Below, in pieces: positions 1 to 11,000 of a DNA stretch of 64,000 nt. Within the stretch, counting starts at the first letter, position 1. Each line of letters begins with the position of its first letter. Made by a program: the position numbers and the translations under genes. The stretch is taken from positions 44,580,001 through 44,644,000 of the forward strand of contig NC_087251.1 in assembly GCF_037042905.1 (NCBI RefSeq), given 5' to 3'. Below the pieces are notes generated by a model. The model worked only from the letters and a program-made list of their open reading frames with translations. It was not told where the DNA came from and made no database searches. The DNA is from Lytechinus pictus. Taxonomy: Eukaryota.

Positions 1-386
1 ATTCAATCTGCATCACGGAAAATAAAGATGGCTATTTCTAACAAGTCTGATTCAATAAGATGAAAATCTGTAGTAATACTACAGTGAATTTTTAACCATC
101 CATCAAAGAAACGAATTACCCTTTAGTCAAACTTTTGCAATAAGGTTGATGTCTTGTAAAGAGTAATACATCTTACATGTTTAAGAGGCTTCTCTCTCTA
201 AGCCATATAGGCCTATATGTTATGGATTTCAAGCAAAAAATCTTAACTCATTATAATTATAATCTTTTATTGACATATTTATGTTAACAGCCCCTCCCTC
301 TATCCCAGTCCTTTAACAAAATTTAATAAAATTGTGATGATTGAACTCTTGAATTATGTATAGCACAGCCAAGGCCAACAGTATAC

Positions 387-1578
387 CTGCTTGATAAATT
401 GCGCAGCTAGACGGTGCATGTTTTCATCATGTAGGAGTGTCTGAAGGAGAGACTTGGCAAACTCCTCTGCCTTCATGGCCACATGCTCATGCTCCAGAGA
501 TCGTGAGGCTACTTGCGATACTTCCACAGCAACATTTTCTCTGATAGGATCCCGCAATAGGTACACCATCAGACCTGAAATGGAAAGAAAAAAATTACAT
601 GGATTTCATTCAAATCACTGTCAAAGATTTTTCATGAGTCACAAGTAACATTGATTAATTCCTTCAGTATTTTCCAGCATATTTTATCATTTTCTGTTAG
701 GGGCCTAGATCTATATGGATAATCCTGTTACATCAAAGGTGATTTTAAAAATCTAATTAATGCTCTCATTAATCTAGGCTACATCATCGAGATGAGACTG
801 TTGAATTACGACTCAAAATTTATCAGAGTAAAACCCTATATTACTGTAAAACAAATAATGTTTGTCATGTCTCCGGACGTAGACTACATTTAACATTATC
901 TAAACTTAGACCCCTAATCTCCATGATCTATTTACCTATGATGATGAAAACTCCTACTCCAATACGAACAGTCGAGTACCCGTGAAATCTGAGTGAGTTC
1001 TCCAGCTTCTTCAGCTTCTTCAGCTGGTGGAGGACAGATCTGTGGTCTTGGTCATGTTTCACTGGTTGGCCTGATGATGACTGCGTTGAGGCAGGATTAG
1101 ATGACAAGTATCTGGTGGAACTAAAATTCCAATGACAAACATTTGCCAATTTTACTTGAAGGAATTTCAATTGGAGATGTTGTTGCCTCCAAGTCCAAGA
1201 AGACAGTGGAATTGTTGAGAAACAGTTTTCTGACTTTAATGTTAGATGCTGTGATGAGGAATCATGAGGCCGCCTTGCCCTTGATGGTTGTTGAAAATGG
1301 GATAAAACATACGACGTTGTGAATCTAACACTAAACTCGGTCTCGGGAGTTCTCACACGGGAGCTGTGCAATGAATCAAACAGGATCCTTGGAGAGGAAT
1401 ACCCCGAACGCCAGGCGGGAGCGATGCCCAGGCCCGCGTTGCCTGACGTTAGTGATAATGAAGAGCTGACGGGAAAGCCATGGTTGCCAGAGGCTCTAAA
1501 GTTGATACTTTTTCGACAAAAAGAAATAACAAAACCATTTCTAAAATAACCAACAGATGAAAATACATTCATCTTCAT
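387..1578 (-). CDS. Uncharacterised, probably mitochondria-targeted single-pass membrane protein; first two coding exons, gene continues off the left edge
   Basis: Exon 1 is 1578-936 (ATG to ...ATAG|gtaaat, phase 1) and exon 2 is 574-387 (tttcag|GT..., ends AAGCAG|gtatac). The join is in frame: ...RFHGYSTVRIGVGVFIIIG/LMVYLLRDPIRENVAVEVSQVASRSLEHEH... The N-terminus is R/S-rich and acid-poor (presequence-like), followed by one hydrophobic segment and then amphipathic helices. Confidence 0.75.
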
Positions 1579-1699
1579 ATAACCAATTAACAGATCGTTT
1601 CAGCGAAAAAAGCGTCCAATACTACAATAATGGAGCAATAATCCAACAAGTTCAGTCCCCAGTCCATGAAATTCAGACTTCAGAACGAATGCATTCATT

Positions 1700-2001
1700 T
1701 TGATACCGGTACCGTACGTATGGCGTCTTTGGGTGTTTAGCAGACGACGCGCGACAACCGCGAGCCTCGGGCGCAAGGCGTTTAGCACGGCGCTGAGACG
1801 TACCCCCGCCTAGCCTACGCTACCGTCCATCCACCGGGCGCATTCGGCGACGGGCGACACACGTACACGTCACGTACACCGGCGTAGTGCACCTGCATGA
1901 CTGCACTGCAGCAGTGATTCGCGGATTCAGTTACCTACCGTACTTGAAAAAGAAAAGTGGTCAGTGTTCCTATTCCTGTCAGCTTGTGACTTCGAATAAG
2001 A
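1700..2001. promoter_or_regulatory. CpG-rich bidirectional promoter region
   Basis: GC/CpG-dense stretch (about 1720-1925, with ACGTAC repeats at 1861-1879) in otherwise AT-rich DNA. It lies between divergent start codons at 1578 (minus) and 2002 (plus). Confidence 0.6.
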
Positions 2002-5000
2002 ATGCAGAAACGCAAGGAACTCATTTTAGACGAATTTGAGACGGTAAGATTCTATTATTTCAAAGATTTCAAGCGCCAAGTGAAGAGTAATTTTTTTTTG
2101 AAAGACTGAGTTTAATAAACATGTTAAACGTCGTCTATGACTTGTTATGGACCCACCTGTTTCTATTCACGTACGGTACCCGGTACGTTTTAATAGAAAC
2201 AAGTGGGCCAGTCAACTCAAGTCAAAGACGTCGATGATGGTTGAGACTATATTGGCGTCGATCCGGCAGGTCATTAATATTCATGAGCTTGGAGATCTTG
2301 TTCGACCGATGACGTTGCTCATTAATATTAATATTACGGTAACACATTGGGAATCGCGGGTGCGCCTCACCACTTACAACTTTACCCTATCAAGTGCAGT
2401 TATACTGGCGTAAATCTAACCCAGAGAGCTCCAGCCCGCGTAGCGGGCTGGAGCCCAGACGCGCAGTGTACAAACGGGCATTCAGGTGAGAGTACCGTGA
2501 AGTTTGGTCAATATCATTTACATAATACATAATTTAAACAGAAATTAAGCACTTACCACGATTGTATGGATGATAGTCTAACGAGTGGCAGTTTCCTGAC
2601 ATCGAGGCACAGACTGGAACCTCAAAAAACGATCAGTTCTGTCGCGGTGTCTCTCCTTCTTTCAAAATTCATAGCAAAATGGCCGTTCGAGAGGGTGTAG
2701 GGCGCATGCGCGAATTTGACAAAGTCTATATGCGCTAGTGCTATACTAGCCTCGGTCTCGATCGGCCATTTTGTGTTGAATTCTGAAAGAGGAGAGCTAC
2801 CGCGACAGAACTGATCGTTTTTTGAGGTTCCAGTCTGTGCCTCGATGTCAGGAAACTGCCACTCGTTAGACTATCATCCATACAATCGTGGTAAGTGCTT
2901 AATTTCTGTTTAAATTATGTATTATGTAAATGATATTGACCAAACTTCACGGTACTCTCACCTGAATGCCCGTTTGTACACTGCGCGTCTGGGCTCCAGC
3001 CCGCTACGCGGGCTGGAGCTCTCTGGGTTAGCGTAAATCCAGCAAAATCCGGCAGTTTTTTATGGAAATAACCAAAATAATGATAATGAACCCAAATGAA
3101 AGTGTTGGTTTGTCCAACTTGTTGGAAAAGACAGCATGGAGCTAGTAAAGCAGAAACCATTCATGGAAAAAGATTGACAACTTGTATTTTCAATTCCCTC
3201 GGCCTCATCATCATGATCATGTCAATGTGCATAAAACTGGCGTCGATTCAGCATCTTTGGCGCCAATCCGGCAGTTTTTATGGAATTAACCAAAATAATG
3301 ACAATGAACCCTCTCTCTCTTAGCTGATCCCTCCACTATTTGGAGATTCCTAGGGTCCAAGGTAAACAGATATGTTCCATATACGCTGTCATTCTGGTTT
3401 AGGAGGTTTGAACCATGTCAGTACGGAATACATCAATTTTGTGGAGGAAAAAGAGAGATAATAGGAGTAAACTATTGTGTAGTTCCTTGGGCAAACAAAG
3501 TGTTGGTTTGTCCAACTTGATGGAAAAGACAGCATGGAGCAAGTAAAGCAGAAATCATTTATGGAAACAGATTGACAACTTGTATTTTAAATTTCCCATT
3601 CATATCAATGTGCATAAAACTGGCGTCGATTCAGCATCTTTGGCGCTAATCCGGCAGTTTTTATGGAATTAACCAAAATAATAACAATGAACCCAAATCA
3701 AAGTGTTGGTTTGTCCAAATTGATGGAAAAGACAGCATGGAGCAAGTAAAGCAGAAATCATTTATGGAAAAAGATTGACAACTTGTATTTTAAATTCCCC
3801 CATCATGATCATATCAATGTGCATAAAACTGGCGTCGATTCAGCATCTTTGGCGCTAATCCGGCAGTTTTTATGGAATTAACCAAAATAATGACAAGGAA
3901 TCAAATTCAAAGTGTTGGTTTGTCCAACTTGATGGAAAAGACAGCATGGAGCTAGTAAAGCAGAAATCATTTATGGAAAAAGATTGACAACTTGTATTTT
4001 CAATTCCCCCATCATCATGATCATGTCAATGTGCATAAAACTGACGTCGATTCAGCATCTTTGGCGCTAATCCGGCAGTTTTTATGGAATTAACCAAAAT
4101 AATGACAATGAATCCAATTCAAAGTGTTGGTTTGTCCAACTTGATGGAAAAGACAGTATGGAGCTATAGTAATGCAGAAATTATTTATGGAAAAAGATTG
4201 ACAACTTGTATTTTCAATTCCCCCATCATCATGATCATGTCAATGTGCATAAAACTGGCGTCGATTCAGCATCTTTGGCGCTAATCCGGCAGTTTTTATG
4301 GAATTAACCAAAATAATGACAATAAACCCAAATCAAAGTGTTGGCTTGTCCATCTTGATGGAAAAGACAGCATGGAGCTAGTAAAGCAGAAATCATTAAT
4401 GGAAAAAGATTCACAACTTGTATTTTCAATTCCCCATTCATTATCAATGTACATTAAACTGGCGTAATTCCAGTTTCTACTGGGATAAAGAAAAAAAATC
4501 AGATTACAAGGTTCAAATCGGATCTCTGAAAAAATATTTTTACCAAACAGCAGTTACTTCATAAACAAAAATTAGATAATGTAATAGTTTCATCAGTATC
4601 ATTGAGTTCTAAAATGTTTTTGTCTCACCTGCATAGCAGAGCGAGACTATAGGCGCCGCTTTTCCGACGGCGTCAACACCAAATCTTAACCAAAGGTTAA
4701 GTTTTTAAAATGACATGTATGTGGACCTAGTTCATGACACTTGGACATAAGGTTAATCAAGTATTACTGAACATCCTGCCTGAGTTTCAAGTCACATGAC
4801 CAAGGTCAAAGGTCATTTAGGGTCAATTAACTTTGGCCAAGTTGGGGGCATCTGTTGAATTACCATCATAACTTTGAAAGTTTATGGATCTGATTCATGA
4901 AACTTGGACATAAGAGTAATCAAGTATCACTGAAGATCCTGTGTGAGTTTCAGGTCACATGATCAAGGTCGTTTAAGGTCAATGAACTTTGGCAAAGTTG

Positions 5001-8000
5001 GGGGTATATGTTGAATTACCATCATAACTTTGAAAGTTTATTGGTCTTGTTCATAAAAATTGGATATAATTATGAGTAATCAAGTATCACTGAACATCCC
5101 GTGCGAGTTTAAGGTCACATGACCAATGTCAAAGGTCATTAAGGTCAATGAACTTTGGCCAAGTTGGTGGTAATTATGAAATTGCTGTCACAACTTTCAA
5201 AGTTTATGGATATAGTTTATGAATTGTTTATGAATAATCTAGTATCACTGACAAGTCTTAGGTTACATGATCAAGGTCAAATGTCATTTAGGGTCAATGA
5301 GCATGTATTATATCATTATATGAATGGTGTTTTTTGTAAATAATTATTTCATAGTTTTCAAAGTCAGCACTGGTACTATATTGAATTGTGTAATGCAGGT
5401 GAGACTGCCAGAGGTGCTATCACTTGTTATGCAAGGCAGATTCCCTCATATTAGAGTAATAAAGCTAAACATATATTCTGCCCTAATAGGTATGTAACCG
5501 AAAGTACTTAGATTTTACAAACTTTTTTGGAATACCGGTACCTTAAATTTATTACAGAAGGGAGAAATAAGTGTGGAAACTGAGCTAAAATATTCTCTTG
5601 TGTTTCATGAAGATGCAAGTGATTATTAGATAAATTATGTTAAACTCTCAAAATGATGAAGAATGAAATGAATAAATGAAACATGATGTTGAATCACTGT
5701 TTCAGGTGTGTAAATACGATATATGTTTTCATTGTGTTAGTTCAGTGTTTTCAATTGTTGACAAACTCAAATTGTTTTTTGCTCCACCCCCACCCCAAAG
5801 TGTCTCAATGGTATGCATCCTGTAGTGGTGGATGAATATGTGATATGGTATTGTGAGTGTATGTGATGTGTTTTGGACCAAGTAATTTTGTCCACGCTTA
5901 GCACTGCAGTGTTAGCTTCAAATTAACAAAATTTCCACATGTTTTCTTTTCCTCTTTATTTCTCTCTCCTTCCTCTTATTACTTCTTATTATTTTTCTTC
6001 CTCTTTCATTGTATTTCTTTTTTTCCCTTCTAGTCAAGCTTTCTTTTCATCTCATTTATTGATTTTTGCAACATTTTTCATAACAAAATTCTGGACAAGA
6101 AAATACATACAATTTCGACATCAAGATAATGAACAATACTTTTGTACATAAATCATCAAATATATCATACATAAATGAAAAAAATATTAAGTGGTATTTT
6201 CTGTTACAAAATAAATAGGATGGTTGCAAAAGCAAAGCTTGAAAACCAGTGGCGTACCTGGCATATTTCGTCAGGGGGGCAAAAATGAGCAAAGTGGGGA
6301 TATCAACTTCACAGTTTTTAATTTTCGAGCGAGCAAAGCGAGCGAACATTTTTTTTCAATAATTATTTTGCCTTTTTACATGATATGAAACTTGCAGAAA
6401 TTATACATTCGGTCATAAAATTACCAATACACGAGGATATTTGGGCACCTCGCAGTCCCTGTTGCCCTGCATTTTGCAGCCCATCCCCATACACGTTTGG
6501 ATGTGTAGGTCTGGAAGTGGCACTGAAGATGGGAAAGGTTACCCTGGGGGTGCCCAATAAAACAGCTGGGATCTTGCTACTACTGATATTTCCTATCGGG
6601 CGATTGCACTTTATTGTCGAAATTAATTCTTTTCTTTTTTTTATATCATTCCAGAAATGAAATGTACAGTGGATCGTGATAGATATATTTCTAATCAAGT
6701 GTTAATTGCAATGTTTATATAAAAGGAAAATGAAACCCTTGAAACATGATAGCTTATGCAATAACAGAAAAATCAAAGAAACAAATAAACGAAAGTTTGA
6801 GAAAAATTGAATGAATAATAAGAAAGTTATGAGTATTTGAAGTTTAGATCATTATTAATTGAGTAATGTAGATCCTCCTATTGGCAATGCGACAAAGATG
6901 TGTGATGTCACATGTGAACAACTTTCCCATTACTTTTCTATATATTTCACTTAAAATGCCTCTTTTATCATATCTATCAGTATAGATCATGTATTCTTTC
7001 TATATGAGGGCATGTAATACAGATTTTAAAAGAATGCATTTTGATAAAGAGTATGTATCACACTAACAAAGAGCAAAAATAGACATTTTCAGGGTATTTT
7101 ATAGTCCATCAAAGGGAAAGTTGTTCACATGTGACATCACAAATATTGGTCACATTGCCAATAGGAGGATCTCCATAGCATTAGTGATCACAATATTCCA
7201 ATCAACCAAAAAATTACACGGGGGCGGCGGGCGAATTCGCCCCGGAAAGTCCAAAAAGAGCCCCGGAAAAGGGCTAAAAACATTCACACGAGGGCGACTG
7301 CAAAACTCATAATCGCCCCCGTCAACACTGTATATTTCACAGTGGCAAATTGTCCATAGACTGTGTACAACGAATAGACCGTCTCAGCTCAGCGAATCGG
7401 AGACCGCTGATTGGCCAATCGCGCAGATCACGTCATGACTACGTGGTCGCCAAAATAATTCCTTCGGACTGCCTGCGAAAGTATCGATAGCGATAACGAT
7501 ATCCGGTCACATTGTCTACGCGGGAAATGGTCTTGGTTCGTGATCGGATCGCTCCAGTATCGATCGAAAATTATCGAGACTCGGCAATTTCATGCATATT
7601 CACGCGACGCTCCGAAACCCGGAAATCAATTGACTTTGTACACGTTGCGATAGACTCTACAGACTCCAACGAACACGATGCTATATCAACGCTAATTCGT
7701 AAGATTTTGACCGAAAATCAAGAAGTAATCGAAATTCGCTTACCTGTTCGGTATCGGTGAGAAAATAGATCCTCCGAGAATACCTTTCATAATTCATATA
7801 AATTATAGGAAAGTGAAATTCTAGGTCGATTTTGGTACGAGGTGATAGAGTATTGCACACTTGTTTTGGTGGAATACTGTGTGGGGCTATGGAAGGCTTG
7901 CACTGCGCATGCTTACTATATTTTCATTCATAAATTGGCTCTCGGCAGTGGCTGGATGACGTCATGTAATAAGCAAAATATACACGCCCGCTAGCGTTGA

Positions 8001-11000
8001 ACGCACCGCATGTACAGTACATCTTGTTAAAGCAGAGCCTGCAGCAGAGCAGCCCTGCACTGCTGACCAGCATCCCTTCAATGTGGCACACACACACACA
8101 CACCCCCACACACACACCCTCACACACACACACACACAAACGCAAAAAAGCCGCGAAATAGCTCCAGAAATTGTAGACCAAAAGCTTCGGTCTCTGTTAT
8201 GTTGGTTGTTCAGCTGAACTCCGTTGGCTTCACTCACCAAATACAGAGACCGAAGTTCTAGCGCGATCTGTACAGGGGACTCAATGGCCATATGTTTATG
8301 TACTTAAGATCGGATAAAACGGGGAAGTGAATTTGCACGACAGCTGAGGTAAGTCACTGTTTTTGTTCCTTTTAACTTGATTTTTCTCTGTTTTTTTGCA
8401 ATTAATGCCAAGAGGGAATATTAATTTGCATTTTGGTCACGTTAATTTTCAAAAATTTTATTCATTAAAGACAAAAATTGAAGAGCCCCGACGGGGGGAT
8501 TTTGCATTGCAAGTCCCCTAATGGTGGCTGCACGCTAGCGAGCCGTCTGTGTACGAGGAGAAAAAAAAAAAAAAAAATGTTAAAAAACTCCTCGAAACAG
8601 ACGGCTGCCAGCTGTCTACAGAAATTGTAGCCCTGGAAAGTGGAAAAAGAGCCCTGGAAAATGAAAAAGTAGCCCTGGAAAATTTTTAAGTTTCTCCAAA
8701 AAGAGCCCTGGAAAGAAAAAAAGTAATTTTTTGGTTGATTCCAATGCTCATAACTTTCTCATTATTTGTCTGATTTTTCTCAAACTTGCTTTGATCTTAT
8801 ATTTGAATTTTCTGTTTCCACAAAAGCCAACTTGTTTCAAAGATTTCATTCCCCTTTAAAATACTTCTTTAATTCCTCTTTAAAGGTTTTTACATTATGT
8901 TCCCAATTCTGCTCATTTGGAGATGTTATAAAAGAGGTATTTGACATTGAACTCAGTTGTGTTTCATGTATTGACTTGCATTTGTTTTATTTCCATACAT
9001 TCACTCATAAAAAAATAAATATGAACGTGAAAATATATGCGACAGTAACATGATATATCACTAGATCGCTCACTCACTAGCAGGAATGTCAGAAGATTGA
9101 GGGAATTGAAATTGGAAAATATAGATAGGCGGACGAAGGGATCGGGTATCAGGATAGGAAGGGGGTACTGTAATAACCAGAGGAATGTGTAAGCAGGGGT
9201 ATAGCTAGGCCTTTACCGACAGATATCAGTACCGATTACTGACGTCCGACGACCAATACTCATTTATATCCAACCCATGGGCAGATCCAGGATTTTCAAG
9301 GGGAACATTTGTTTACAAAAAAAATGACAAGCCCCACCCCCAAAAAGTCTTCACTTTCACTTGCACGTGCCTAACAACTAACATTAAAATTATATTAAAA
9401 TAATAAATGCGAGCGTGAAGCGCGAGCTGAAATTTTCTAAAAATTTAGACCCAAAACAATACATTTCTGTACTTAACTATATGAATAGGATGAGTATCTT
9501 CCTTAATAAATTAATAAAATATGCGAGCGCGAAGCGCGAGCTACAAATTTTGAAATTCCTAACTGGACACTAGACATTCTAAGCAGTTTTACAAGATGGG
9601 TATCTAAACAGTCGTGCGGGCACAAAGCGCCAGCTAAAGCTTTTGATATTCCGATTTAAGAACTGGATATTCTAAACACTTTTAGTAACCATGAACAAAT
9701 CGGTTTCTAACTGAATAATTAATTGATGCGAGCGCCAAGGGCGAGCTGAAAATTTGAGATATTCCCCCCTAAAAAGTGAACATTCTAAGCACCTTTTTTA
9801 AATTATGAACAAGATGGTAGTTAAAAACAATTAATTGGTGAGAGCGCGAAGCGCCAGCTGAAAACTTTTGATATTTTGACCTGAAAACTTTACATTCTAA
9901 GCACTTCATTTAATTATGAACAGGATGGAACTTTATGCGAGTGCGAAGATCGAGCGGCAATTTTTGATATTCCAATCTAAGAATTTGATATTCTAAGCAA
10001 TTTTTGTAACCGTGAACAAATTGGTTTCTAATTATATACTTTTGATATTTTTTATTTTCCGACCTGAAAACCGGACATTCTAACCAATTAATTTATCTAT
10101 GAACAGGATGGATATACCTAAATAGTTATATGTGAGCACGAAACGCGAGCTGAAATTTTCGATATTCCGGCCTAAGAACTGGATCAGTTGGAACAATCAG
10201 TTGGAACAGCCTCGTGTGCCCGACAGTTTATCATTTTTTCCGACAGTCTGCAGTCCAATTTTTGTTTTTCCACTTTCTCTTAAACTCTATCTTCTTTTTC
10301 CCTTCCCCCTTTTTTCTCTCTTTCCTTTTTCCTCTTTTCTTTTTTCTTTCCCCTTTTTCGCTTCCTTTTTTTGTTTGTGACTCGTCAGGGGGGGGGGGCA
10401 GTCTGCCCCCTGCCCCCCCCCCTTAGGTACGCTAGTGTTGAAAACGTAACAGCCCTGGAAAATAGCCAAAATAATTAATATCTATTATCGTAAGACGTGC
10501 AAGTGCACTCTTCTACTTCTTCGCTGTCCTCAACTCCTGCATGGCTTTCATGCCCCCTTCGTCTTAAAGTTGGAATGACGTTAATTGTTTGGTTTTGGTT
10601 AATTTCATAAAAACTGCCGGATTAGCGCCAAAGATGCTGAATCGACGCCAGTTTTATGCACATTGACATGATGATGGGGGAATTTAAAATACAAGTTGTC
10701 AATCTTTTTCCATAAATGATTTCTGCTTTACTAGCTCCATGCTGTCTATTCCATCAAGTTGGACAAACTAACACTTTGATTTGGGTTCATTGTCATTATT
10801 TTGGTTAATTCCATAAAAACTGCCGGATTGGTGCCAAAGATGCTGAATCGACGCCAGTTTTATGCACATTGATATGATCATGATGATGGGGGAATTGAAA
10901 ATACAAGTTGTCAATCTTTTTTCATAAATGATTTCTGCTTTACTTGCTCCATGCTGTCTTTTCCATCAAGTTGGACAAACCAACACTTTGATTTGGGTTC

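Larger units (their letters stand above)
7203..8737. mobile_element. 1.5-kb non-autonomous DNA transposon with 15-bp TIRs and an 8-bp TSD
   Basis: TIR CAACCAAAAAATTAC / GTAATTTTTTGGTTG, TSD ATTCCAAT at 7195-7202 and 8738-8745, and subterminal GCCC(C/T)GGAAA repeats at both ends. Confidence 0.88.
6724..8855. mobile_element. TTAA-target (Kolobok-like) non-autonomous element, split by a nested insertion
   Basis: Segments 6724-7202 and 8746-8855 are colinear with the uninterrupted family member at 50213-50772. Ends are AGGAAAATGAAACC / TTTCATTCCCCT|TTAA, and the left target copy has decayed to TAAA. Confidence 0.8.
6247..10437. mobile_element. hAT-type non-autonomous element, 4.2 kb including nested insertions
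   Basis: 8-bp TSD TTGAAAAC at 6239-6246 and 10438-10445. Imperfect TIRs CAGTGGCGTACCT / AGGTACGCTAGTG with G/C-run subtermini. Confidence 0.85.

Noticed and set aside
2147..3160. Duplicated small ORFs (2147-2413 with 13098-13307; 2347-2532 with 2915-3160)
   Set aside because: The identical peptides arise only because the DNA is inverted-repeated, and there is no coding signature.
3096..4284. ORFs within the 203-bp units (also 12127-12342)
   Set aside because: Unit lengths vary out of frame and stop codons differ between copies.
5430..6246. Transposase remnant in the foldback core
   Set aside because: AT-rich, with only short frames and no DDE or zinc-finger motif that I could recognise.
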